Notes under the pieces: model-generated
What the model saw: only the letters and a program-made list of their open reading frames with translations
Told to the model about the DNA's origin: nothing
Databases searched by the model: none
Made by a program: the position numbers and the translations under genes
Shown here: positions 52,792 through 62,443 of the stretch, in pieces
Position numbering within the stretch: position 1 is the stretch's first letter
Layout of the letters: every line of letters starts with the position of its first letter
Assembly (NCBI GenBank): GCA_965218095.1
Contig: OZ244587.1
Span: 3,872,001-3,936,000 of the forward strand
Source of the DNA: Candidatus Poribacteria bacterium
GTDB lineage: Bacteria > Poribacteria > WGA-4E > PCPOR2b
DNA length: 64,000 nucleotides
Reading direction: 5' to 3'

Positions 52792-53703
52792 TTATCCACC
52801 TGGAGAACGATTGACGGTGTAAATACCAAGCGCGACCAAAAGGGTCCCGATAGCGAGCCCAACGGTAATCGGCTCCCCAATGAGAAAGTGGCTGAGTGTG
52901 ATTCCCCAGAGCGGCGTTGTAAAAAAGAATACTGATAGCCGGCTTGGAGGATAATGCTTCAAGACGAGCGTCCACGCGACAAAACAGAATCCCGCGACCA
53001 CAGCACCTTGGTACAGAATTGCAAATAACGCTGGATAGGAAAAGCCGTAGCTAGCTTTCCCCTCGAAGATTCCACTCAGGATGAAAAAGATCGGTACGCC
53101 GATGATCATTTGTGATGTCAGCACCCGATACACGTGGATATACTGGATCAGGCGATTCGTGACAACAATCAGGAGTCCGAGTTGAAAGCCGCCGAACAGT
53201 GTCAGTACATCCCCAACCAAATGTCTACGATCCCCGCCGATCAGGTTGTCCCCAAACACGATGAGAATCCCACCGAAGGCGAAGGTTAATCCAAGCGCCT
53301 TCCACCGTGTCAGACGATCTCCCGGAACGACGAAATGCGCAATGACAGCAACAAACAGCGGGTAGGTATTCGTCATGACAGCGGCTCGACCGGCGCGTGT
53401 CAGGTTGGTCCCCCAATTCAAGGCAGCGATTTGGGTTACAAACAGGATGGCGCTCAAGAATAGCGGCAGGAACTCACGCGGCTGCAGTCTGAGGGATATG
53501 CCGTTCACCGACGCCCAGCCAGCGATTAGGAAAAGTCCAATTGCAAACCGGAGTCCTGCCGACGCGAACGGCGCAAATTTTTGAAACCCGATTTTGAGGG
53601 AAACCGCATTTCCTCCCCAAAGCATCGCTAGGAAGAGAACAAAGAAGATGACTTTGGTGGGGATAAAGTCTTCGCTGGTTTTGGTAAGTATTTTCGGCGG
53701 CAT
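52792..53703 (-). CDS. EamA/DMT family transporter
   Basis: LWGGN, AGLRF and FLIGEPIT motifs; about ten TM helices. Confidence 0.9.
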   Translation of the reverse strand: MPPKILTKTSEDFIPTKVIFFVLFLAMLWGGNAVSLKIGFQKFAPFASAGLRFAIGLFLIAGWASVNGISLRLQPREFLPLFLSAILFVTQIAALNWGTNLTRAGRAAVMTNTYPLFVAVIAHFVVPGDRLTRWKALGLTFAFGGILIVFGDNLIGGDRRHLVGDVLTLFGGFQLGLLIVVTNRLIQYIHVYRVLTSQMIIGVPIFFILSGIFEGKASYGFSYPALFAILYQGAVVAGFCFVAWTLVLKHYPPSRLSVFFFTTPLWGITLSHFLIGEPITVGLAIGTLLVALGIYTVNRSPGG

Positions 53704-53885
53704 GAAACCCCGATTAAGAGAGTGAAAGGACAATACCTGAAACAATAGTCAGGATTTGATGTGTATGATTTTATTGAACCTTTGGTGCTAGTTGGTAAGG
53801 ATGTAGTCTCCACAAGGGTTGTAGAATTTACATATTCGACCTCGCAAAGAATAATCGTTGCTATGACTGGATCTCTGGCTCCAAA

Positions 53886-54585
53886 CTAGGTTCTGTTGAC
53901 ATTTCAAGGGAGCCATATAAGAGTGGAGACAAAGCTGAGAAATCCAAAATAACGGACAGCTAGCTTCTCAAACCGAGAGAAGATACGACGATACCATTTT
54001 ATCTTGTTGATGAAACATTCAACCAGATGTCTCTCTTTGTAGTAAGTGTTTGTCATACGTTCTTTGGTCAACACGATGACTTTTTGGCGGTATCACCGCA
54101 ATCGCTCCATTCGTCTTGATAACCGCGATAAAAGCGTCCGAATCGTACCCCTTGTCTCCAATCACATATTCACTGTTATATCCGATTATCAACCCTTCCG
54201 CCTCAGTTATGTCATGTCTCTGACCGGGCGTCAGATGAATTCTTAGCGGATTGCCTAGTCCGTCAACTGTGATGTGATTTTTTGTACTGAAACCACCCCG
54301 AGACCGACCTAATGCTTGGTTTTCAGTGCCACCCTTTTTTTTAAGGCGCCCGCCGCACACGGGTGAGCACGGGAGATGGTACTGTCCACAATAAGCGACT
54401 CGATATCGGGGTCAGAGGCAAAGTGGGGGTGCATCTGTGTGAAGATACCTTTGTCGCACCATCAAGCAAACCGCTTGTAGCGGGTGTTCCATTTGCCATA
54501 GGTGTCTGGTAGAAGTCTCCATTGAGCCCCACTACGAGTCACCCACAGGACGGCTTCGACGAAGCGGCGTGTAGAAGCTTCGTCG
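53886..54585 (-). mobile_element. IS5-family element, 5'-truncated and frameshifted copy
   Basis: One terminal repeat at 53886; homology to the other copies ends near 54585. Confidence 0.9.
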
Positions 54586-55253
54586 AAGGCGTGTCCCAGT
54601 TCATGTGCCACCACACCCTATCTAAATTCGCCAGGAACCAACGCATATCCACCATTTTTTTCCTTCCGGGTACCAACCCCTCCCGCATCACCAATTGAAT
54701 TACTACTATTGTCACTGACGATGAGATAAACGTTCGCAGAGAGATCAAACACCTGCGCAATCTCATTAGCCTCAGTACCGGAGTAGGAACCGGGAATGTA
54801 GTGGCTATCGGGGTGTTGCCCATTCACGCAATGCACCATCGGCTCGCCTTGGGGGTCGGTTTCAACGTGGAAGGTTTTGTTCCCATACCCGTGTGTTTGC
54901 ATCTGCTCGGCATAGAAGGTTTGAATGTTGCGAATCTTATCTTTCATTCGCTGAACCACGTTGGCGCGAAATGGCCGGTCGCTGGGCAAGAAGTAGATCA
55001 TCCCCACGGTGCGGGGTTCGCCGATGTTCAAATCCGCCGCAAAGGCTCGGGCATAACGGCGGTTGTCCGGCTGACAATCAATAACGCCGCAAAGATACAC
55101 CCCGTTTCCCCCTGATGGCTGAGGGGAGGCAACGGCGGGGTTGAGTGTAGAGGCGATGAGATAAATTATTATGGAATACAAGGTGAAACGAAAAATTGTG
55201 TTTTCATCGCTATGTTTATTTCCTTTGTGGTTGGAAATGTGTGTGAGAAGCAT
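54586..55253 (-). pseudogene. Secreted zinc metallopeptidase-like protein, truncated by IS5, with an in-frame TAG at 54618
   Basis: RTVGMIYFLPSDRP, QTFYAEQMQTHGYGNKTF and [14 protein letters not shown] (HExxH) ending at the IS fragment. Confidence 0.75.
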
Positions 55254-55585
55254 CTGTGCCTCGAAGGTGAAACGGATCAACTCCTTTACGGTCAAGGTGA
55301 GTCGTCGCGCAATTTATAACGCGTCTTGAGAAAACGGGCGATGAATCGCCCGACTGCGTCCGCGGCGATCAGAATACCACAAAATCAGGTTAAAAGTCAC
55401 CCTTTTTTTGCACTCGATTTTGAAAGTTTTAAAGTGTCCCGACATAGAAATTTCAAAAGGTTCGCTAATTGATTGGATCTGGGGAAAATTTATGACACAT
55501 CTCAATGAGGAATTGGTATAATATCGATAAGGGCTAACGCTCGTTAGCGTCTACTCAAAGTCACCCAAAAAAGAAATCGAAATTT

Positions 55586-55614
55586 TTGACAAATTGGGAT
55601 GGGTATGCTATGCT
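55586..55614 (+). promoter_or_regulatory. Sigma70-like promoter
   Basis: TTGACA-17 nt-TATGCT with an extended -10 TG, upstream of the PhyH cluster. Confidence 0.6.
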
Positions 55615-55659
55615 TTTGACGTGATGATAGCATCCTCGTTTCAACATGGAGGCCCACCT

Positions 55660-56550
55660 ATGACTATAGACTCGACTGTCACCGTTGAAGATCTTGAAGT
55701 GTTTGCGGACGATTTAGCCCCCCGACAGGCTGCTGCAATCTTTCAGGAGCATGGTGCATTGGTCGTCCGTGGGTCAATGAAACCGTATATCGATAAAATA
55801 CACCGAGACATCGAAGCCGCAGCAGCAGAGTCAATTGCTGCACTCGACCGGGCGGAAAAAATTGTGGAGGGCTGGCGCACACCCGGCGGCACACTCTTTC
55901 TGCCTGCGCCGCCGGGCTACTCCCGTGAGGTGCAGATCATGGTTCTCGCCATCAGCTACTATACCAGCGCCGCGTTTTTCCGCTCTGCACTTGATGAACG
56001 CGCGTTGGATATTGTTGAAGCGATTCTGGGCCCGAACATCGAGCTCTTTGGGAATGGGCAGTGCCTCTACAAAGAGCCGGTCGGTGGGCACCCGAAACAC
56101 CTGCATCAGGATTCCGCCTACTTTGAACACCGCTACGAGGGCCCTGTGGGGATTCTGAGCTATGTGGTGGATACAGATCTGGTAAACGGCGCACTGCATG
56201 TCGTCCCCGGCTCACACCGGCTCGGTCAACTTAAGCATATCGATACCTTTTCTCACCTCGGATTAGATGACGATGAATGGCCATGGGAGCGAGCGCTGCC
56301 AATCGTCGGCAAAGCTGGGGACTCAATCTTCTTCCACGTCAAGATGGTTCACGGCTCTAAGCAGAATCACTCGGACAAGCCGCGCCCGGTTTTCATCAAT
56401 CGCTACCGTCGGGTTGATGATTACGTCGTTATCAGCGCAACCACCACGGCAAATCGAGCCGAAGCCGAGAAACGCGCCACCGAAGCGAAGAAAACGAATG
56501 AGCAGCGGGGGATGATGGTTCGTGGTTTCCGTCCTTACACAGAAACGTAG
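55660..56550 (+). CDS. PhyH family Fe(II)/2OG oxygenase
   Basis: LHQD, NGALHVVPGSH and HGSKQN..R motifs; RBS GGAGG. Confidence 0.92.
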   Translation: MTIDSTVTVEDLEVFADDLAPRQAAAIFQEHGALVVRGSMKPYIDKIHRDIEAAAAESIAALDRAEKIVEGWRTPGGTLFLPAPPGYSREVQIMVLAISYYTSAAFFRSALDERALDIVEAILGPNIELFGNGQCLYKEPVGGHPKHLHQDSAYFEHRYEGPVGILSYVVDTDLVNGALHVVPGSHRLGQLKHIDTFSHLGLDDDEWPWERALPIVGKAGDSIFFHVKMVHGSKQNHSDKPRPVFINRYRRVDDYVVISATTTANRAEAEKRATEAKKTNEQRGMMVRGFRPYTET

Positions 56551-56679
56551 GAAGATCTGGAAGTAGGACGTGAGTTAATAAGTACAAGAGTTCAGGAGAG
56601 CACCAACGACTGAACCCCTGAACCCTTGAATCTCTGTCAGCCTGCGATTTACGCTGAAATCCGGTACTTCCGAAATGAA

Positions 56680-57075
56680 ATGCAAGCCAAACAGATACTG
56701 GAAACCTGCCTGTACGTAAATGATCTGAAAGCCGCAGAAGCGTTTTACAGCCGCGTCCTGGGGTTAGAGGCTTTCTCCCGCGTTGAAGACCGCCACGTAT
56801 TTTTCCGTTGCGGCGACGGGGTCTTCCTGCTGTTTAACGCGGCAAAAACCCAGGAGCTGGGGGGTGATGTGCCGCCGCACGGCGCAGATGGGCCGGGACA
56901 TGCCGCATTCGCCATGCAGGACGCCGACATTCCAGCGTGGCGGGAGCATTTGCGCCAGAATGGTGTGGCGATTGAGAAGGAAATTTCCTGGCCCAGCAGC
57001 GGCTATTCAATCTATTTCCGCGACCCGGCGGACAATAGCGTTGAACTTGCTACACCTAAAACCTGGGGACTTTGA
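56680..57075 (+). CDS. VOC/glyoxalase family protein
   Basis: ILETCLYV, FYSRVLGL, GHAAF and SIYFRDPADNSVEL motifs. Confidence 0.92.
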   Translation: MQAKQILETCLYVNDLKAAEAFYSRVLGLEAFSRVEDRHVFFRCGDGVFLLFNAAKTQELGGDVPPHGADGPGHAAFAMQDADIPAWREHLRQNGVAIEKEISWPSSGYSIYFRDPADNSVELATPKTWGL

Positions 57076-57214
57076 TGAACAAGGATGCATACCGTAAAAA
57101 TCAGCATAAATCTGCGTATGTCGAGTGTGAAACGTGATGAGACCGCGATTTTTTTTCACGTTTCACGCCATCACGTTTCACTTATGCGTAATTTTATCAC
57201 TATAGACAATATAG

Positions 57215-57254
57215 TGTAAGTTATCCCCTGATACTGTAAGTTATCCCCTGATAC
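57215..57254. repeat. Perfect 20-bp tandem duplication
   Basis: TGTAAGTTATCCCCTGATAC x2. Confidence 0.9.
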
Positions 57255-57298
57255 CTTGAATCTCTGTATCCTGGTTACATAGAGGAACGACTATAGCA

Positions 57299-58099
57299 AT
57301 GACCGACGAAGAACGTTTCCGTTTTGACTTATCCGGTTTCCTCGTGCGTCCGGCGATTTTAACGCCCGATGAGGTCGCCGAGATTGTCGATCAGATTGAC
57401 CGCATCAAACACAACCCCGAATCCCTGCCTCCGGCGCATCGCGCGGTGCCGGGCGGGCCGTCGAGTGTGCTCATCAATCACCCGAAGGTTATCGACGTGC
57501 TTCACGAAATTATCGGGCCTGATGTTCGGCTTGAGAATAGCTACTGTGTCTGGCGATTGAAGGGAGAAGCGCATGGGGAACTTCACGGGGGCGGACCGGG
57601 GCAAGCCGACCCGATCTTCGGTTATCGCGTCAAGAATGGACGGATTCACGCGGGGATGGTGCGGGTTGTCTTTGAGTTGACCGACGTCAGCAAAACAGAT
57701 GGCGGCACCCATTTCGTCGTCGGCAGCCACAAGGCGAACTTCCCCATGCACCCAGATCATCTGTCGTTAGAGCCGGGGAAGCGGAGTCCGTTTTTGATGA
57801 GCTACGATTGTCCCGCCGGCAGCGTGATTTTTTTCACCGAGAACATCTGTCATGCAGGACCGGTTTGGCAGCGGGAAACGCCACGCGTCGCCGTGCTTAA
57901 CGCCTACGCCCATCTCGCCACGCATTGGCATCGCCTGACGACTCCACCGGAGATAATTGCGTCGCTTTCGCGAGAAAAACAAGCCTACTTCCGTGAGCCG
58001 TGGATCGCCGATTTCCGCACCCGTCCCGTGACGCATAACACAATCGAGCGTTTTGTCAACAACGATGAGCCGCCGGTAAATACGGATCATCAACCTTGA
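57299..58099 (+). CDS. PhyH family oxygenase with HxG in place of HxD
   Basis: ELHGGG, GGTHFVVGSHK, AGSVIFFTENICHAG and R196. Confidence 0.88.
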   Translation: MTDEERFRFDLSGFLVRPAILTPDEVAEIVDQIDRIKHNPESLPPAHRAVPGGPSSVLINHPKVIDVLHEIIGPDVRLENSYCVWRLKGEAHGELHGGGPGQADPIFGYRVKNGRIHAGMVRVVFELTDVSKTDGGTHFVVGSHKANFPMHPDHLSLEPGKRSPFLMSYDCPAGSVIFFTENICHAGPVWQRETPRVAVLNAYAHLATHWHRLTTPPEIIASLSREKQAYFREPWIADFRTRPVTHNTIERFVNNDEPPVNTDHQP

Positions 58100-58140
58100 A
58101 TCGTCGTCCCAATGCGTAAAACGTAATGGAGGAGATATTG

Positions 58141-58878
58141 ATGCTGACAGACACAGAACAATCTCAACTGGATGAACAGGGATTCGTCCTTTTGGAGAAT
58201 GTTATCACCGCAGATGAAGCTGAAGAACTGCGCGAGCTATCAATGTCCCTCGCTAGGCAGGAGCGGGAGGTGTCGGGGGAGCATGTGTATCTGGACGACA
58301 AGGCGCAGCGGGTCTGGAATCTGGTGAACAAAGGCGAATTGTACGAACAAGCCATCCAGCATCCGCGCGTACTCAGCGCGATGGAGTATCTGCTTGGTGA
58401 GGACTGCACGCTCAGTTCATTCACCGTCAACGTTATCGGTCCCGGTGCGCCTGAGGGCAACCTTCATATTGATTACCCCTTGGGCGCGATGCCCACGCCC
58501 CGGCCGAGCTTTCCCCTTTCTGCCAATAGCGTCTGGTTTCTCGACGATTTTACGCTTGAGAATGGCGCGACCTGTTGCGTTCCCGGCAGTCACCGCAGAC
58601 TCGAATCCCGCCCCGAGCCGGATGTCAAATACGACGACGAAGTGCAGATCACCGGGCCGAAAGGTTCTGTGATGATTATCAACGGAGCCCTGTGGCATGG
58701 CTCGTCCGTGAACCACACCGATCGAGATCGCGTCTGTCTGCTCGGTTTCTTCTGTCGCGCTTTTATGAAGCCGCAACAAGATCAACAGAAAATCGTTTCC
58801 GAGGAAGTTGTCGCTCGCGCTACACCGACATTGCGGCGGCTACTTGGCTTTGACTCAATGCCGAATACCAATGCTTGA
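58141..58878 (+). CDS. PhyH family Fe(II)/2OG oxygenase
   Basis: LHID, DDFTLENGATCCVPGSH and WHGSSVN..R motifs. Confidence 0.92.
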   Translation: MLTDTEQSQLDEQGFVLLENVITADEAEELRELSMSLARQEREVSGEHVYLDDKAQRVWNLVNKGELYEQAIQHPRVLSAMEYLLGEDCTLSSFTVNVIGPGAPEGNLHIDYPLGAMPTPRPSFPLSANSVWFLDDFTLENGATCCVPGSHRRLESRPEPDVKYDDEVQITGPKGSVMIINGALWHGSSVNHTDRDRVCLLGFFCRAFMKPQQDQQKIVSEEVVARATPTLRRLLGFDSMPNTNA

Positions 58879-58906
58879 TCCAAACGGAGTGAATCTGAAG
58901 ATAAAG

Positions 58907-61900
58907 ATGAACATCAAAAGCGGAGATATTATACAATCCGATCGATGGCCGGAACCTGTAGCAATTGACCTTGTGGAAGATATGGGGGAATACGTCCGTC
59001 TGGTTGGCTCCACGACTCAGTCGCGGCAACATATCGACGATATACTTCCCCGTGACGAAGTGAATGCGTTGCAGGCAGGGAAACTCGCACCGGACTTCAC
59101 GGCAGAGGCACGTCACGTTTTCCTCAGTCTTGAGGCGCGACGATACCGATATGCCTCTCTCTACGATTCGCTTTTTGCTGTCAACGCTTCTAAGGTCGAT
59201 CCCTTGCCCCATCAGGTGGAGGCGGTCTACGGCTATGTTCTCAAACTACCACGAATCCGCTTTTTGATTGCTGACGATCCCGGCGCGGGCAAGACAATTA
59301 TGGCGGGGCTTATCATCAAAGAGTTGAAACTCCGTCATCTGATTAATCGGATCTTGATTGTAGTGCCGGGACATCTCAAAGACCAGTGGCGAAGGGAGTT
59401 AAAGGATCGGTTTGAGGAAAATTTTATCATTATGGAGCGAGGCCTTCTCGATTCACAGCCCGGTGAGAACCTCTGGACGCGTGAGTCTCATCTGATTACT
59501 TCCATTGATTTCGCCAAGCGTGACGATGTTATGCCCTCCATTGCATCGGCTCAGTGGGATCTGGTTATTGTGGACGAGGCGCATAAAATGGCGGCTTACC
59601 AGTATGGCGATAAGTTGGACAAAACCAGTCGTTATCGGTTAGGGGAGACGCTATCGAGAATCTCAACCCATCTGTTGTTCCTGACCGCAACCCCACACAA
59701 GGGCGACCCCGAAAATTTCAGGTTGTTCTTGGATCTCCTTGAACCGGGATTCTTTGCGAATAGTGAGATGCTCCGTGAATCCATCACGGCAAGAGACAAT
59801 CCGCTCTTTATCCGTCGTGTGAAAGAGGATCTGAAGGATTTTGAAGGAAAACCGCTGTTTCTACCTCGGCACGTCCAAACGCTCCCGTTTAATCTCGGCG
59901 TCGATTCACCAAAAGAGAAAAACCTCTACAACCAGCTTTCCGAATATGTCAACGGTCAATACAACAAGGCACTGACAAAGGACAAAAAGAACAATGTGGC
60001 GTTTGCCCTCGTCATCTTGCAACGCCGACTCGCGTCCAGTACCTATGCCTTGCTCAAGTCACTGGAGCGTCGAAAAGCCCGTCTCTCTGAATTGTTGGAA
60101 GGCGCGGAGGAAAGAAAGCAAACGGGAAATAACGTTGATTTTGAGACGATCGACGATTTGAGTGAGGAGGAACGTTGGCAAGAGGAAGAAATTTGGGAAA
60201 CGCTTTCAGTTGCAGAGAATCGGGAGGAGCTGAGACGTGAAATCGAAACCCTTGAAACGCTGGCAGAGGGAGCCAGAGGGATTATCGAAAATGAAAAAGA
60301 AATCAAAGTCACAGCACTGAGGAAGGCACTTGATGACTTTAAGGAACGTTTCCCCGGCGAAAAAATTCTGATTTTCACCGAGTCGCGGGATACACTCGAA
60401 CATCTTCAGGAAAAGAGCACAGGATGGGGGTATACCGTCACGGTCATTCATGGCGGGTTGCGGCTCGAAGAGCGGATTGAAGCGGAGAGTGAGTTCAAAA
60501 ACCACACCCAGATTCTGATTGCGACGGAAGCTGCCGGTGAAGGGATTAACCTACAATTCTGCCACCTGATGATCAATTATGACCTGCCTTGGAATCCGAA
60601 TCGGCTTGAGCAGCGGATGGGACGTATCCATCGGTATGGACAGACCAAAGAGTGCTTTGTGGTGAACCTTGTTGCGGAAGACACGCGAGAGGGAATGGTG
60701 TTGACAACCCTTTTCGAGAAGATTGAAGAGATTAAAAACGCGTTGGGCAGCGATAAGGTGTTCGACGTATTGAGCGAAGTCCTGTATGGGGTGAACCTCT
60801 CTCATCTGTTGTTGGAAGCGGCAGCCAATGCAAAGAACCTTGATGAGATTCTAGCAGAAATTGACATTGAAGTTGATGAGGACTATATCACCGAAGTCAA
60901 AGAGAACTTGGGCGAAAGCCTCGCGACCCATTACATTGATTATACCCGTCTGCACGAAATGGCGGAGCGCGCTCGTGAACGGCGTCTCATTCCCGAATAC
61001 ACCGATGCCTTTTTCCGAAAAGCCTTCGCAACACTCAAAGGTAGATTGCACGATCGCCGAGACGGGTTCCTTGGGATTGACAGTATCCCGCTCCGCATCC
61101 GAAGACTTGCCGAAGCAGATACCTTTAAGCGGAAACACGGGCCCATGTCCAGAACGTATCCGAAAGCTACTTTTGACAAAGAGGTTGCCTTCAGAAACCC
61201 CGATGCCGAATTTATCTCTTTTGGACACCCTCTGTTTGAAGCCGTTCTCGGTTGGGTCGAAGAGGAACTCTCCGATTGTCTGAAACAGGGCGCGGTCTTT
61301 GAAGACCCCGATGGGAAGCTGGATGGGGTGATTCTGTTCTATGAAGGCGAGATTCGGGATGGTTTGGGGCAGGTCGTTGGGACACGACTGTTTGCCTTCT
61401 ACGTTCAATCCGATACAGGGGCGGTTGAACCAATCGACCCAGCGACCATTTGGGATGTAGCGGAAAGCATGCAGCGGACGGCACCCATAGACATCGAAGC
61501 GTTGAAAGGTCGGGTCATGGCAGAGTTAATGCCTGTCCTTGCAGGTTACAGGAGTGAACTTGCGGCTGAACGGAAACGACAGGCGGAAATTAAAGAAAAA
61601 TACGGTCTCACCTCGCTTGACCATCTCATCGTCCAATTGGATGGCGAGCTGATTCAACTCAAAGACCGCCGAGAGAAAGGTGAGAACGTCGATCTGGTCA
61701 TACGCAATAAAGAAGAACAGAAGGGCGGCTATCATCACGCCCACGGTGAGTTGAAGCGCGTCATTGTTCAAGAGCAAGCCTTGACGATGAGTACCCCCAA
61801 CTACCTCGGCGCCATTCGAGTGTTGCCTTCAGCGGTGGAACCTGCTATCATACCAAATACTGTCGAAATTGAATGGATCGGCATGGAAACCGCGATGCGC

Positions 61901-62251
61901 TACGAGCGTGAACAGGGGCGCGAGCCTGAAGATGTCTCCGCCGAAAATCTCGGCTTTGATGTACGCTCAACCGATTCGGCAGGGGTGAAACGGTATATCG
62001 AAGTCAAAGCGCGGGCGGGGCTTGGGCCAGTGACTTTGACGCAAAATGAGTGGTTCAAAGCTAAACAGTTCAAATCGGACTATTTCCTTTATGTCGTCCT
62101 CAACACCGCGACGCAGCCCGAGCTCCATATTATCCAGAACCCAGCTGAACAAACACAACCAGCAGAAAAGATTGAAGCGCGGTATCAGATTTCTTTGGGA
62201 GAAATTCGGGAAAAAGGAGCGGAATATTCTACGGGAAACTACGGTTCGTAG
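58907..62251 (+). CDS. SNF2-family helicase with a C-terminal DUF3883 nuclease-like domain
   Basis: LIADDPGAGKT, VDEAH, LTATPH, EGINLQ, QRMGRIHRYGQ; C-terminal GFDVRS..RYIEVKAR..LTQNEW. Confidence 0.92.
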   Translation: MNIKSGDIIQSDRWPEPVAIDLVEDMGEYVRLVGSTTQSRQHIDDILPRDEVNALQAGKLAPDFTAEARHVFLSLEARRYRYASLYDSLFAVNASKVDPLPHQVEAVYGYVLKLPRIRFLIADDPGAGKTIMAGLIIKELKLRHLINRILIVVPGHLKDQWRRELKDRFEENFIIMERGLLDSQPGENLWTRESHLITSIDFAKRDDVMPSIASAQWDLVIVDEAHKMAAYQYGDKLDKTSRYRLGETLSRISTHLLFLTATPHKGDPENFRLFLDLLEPGFFANSEMLRESITARDNPLFIRRVKEDLKDFEGKPLFLPRHVQTLPFNLGVDSPKEKNLYNQLSEYVNGQYNKALTKDKKNNVAFALVILQRRLASSTYALLKSLERRKARLSELLEGAEERKQTGNNVDFETIDDLSEEERWQEEEIWETLSVAENREELRREIETLETLAEGARGIIENEKEIKVTALRKALDDFKERFPGEKILIFTESRDTLEHLQEKSTGWGYTVTVIHGGLRLEERIEAESEFKNHTQILIATEAAGEGINLQFCHLMINYDLPWNPNRLEQRMGRIHRYGQTKECFVVNLVAEDTREGMVLTTLFEKIEEIKNALGSDKVFDVLSEVLYGVNLSHLLLEAAANAKNLDEILAEIDIEVDEDYITEVKENLGESLATHYIDYTRLHEMAERARERRLIPEYTDAFFRKAFATLKGRLHDRRDGFLGIDSIPLRIRRLAEADTFKRKHGPMSRTYPKATFDKEVAFRNPDAEFISFGHPLFEAVLGWVEEELSDCLKQGAVFEDPDGKLDGVILFYEGEIRDGLGQVVGTRLFAFYVQSDTGAVEPIDPATIWDVAESMQRTAPIDIEALKGRVMAELMPVLAGYRSELAAERKRQAEIKEKYGLTSLDHLIVQLDGELIQLKDRREKGENVDLVIRNKEEQKGGYHHAHGELKRVIVQEQALTMSTPNYLGAIRVLPSAVEPAIIPNTVEIEWIGMETAMRYEREQGREPEDVSAENLGFDVRSTDSAGVKRYIEVKARAGLGPVTLTQNEWFKAKQFKSDYFLYVVLNTATQPELHIIQNPAEQTQPAEKIEARYQISLGEIREKGAEYSTGNYGS

Positions 62252-62443
62252 TAGCACAATTTATTGTGCGTTGTAGGGGTGATGAATCACTCAATAATGA
62301 TCGTTTTTAGCGGATTGATGGTTTTCTTCGATAGAGGCCTGCGGGCGAGATGGCATTATAAACCCTGTGTTTTTGATGCTGAAATTATGCTACCATCGTA
62401 TGTGTGCTAGAGGTTTTATTTTTACACAAAGGGAGATGAGACA

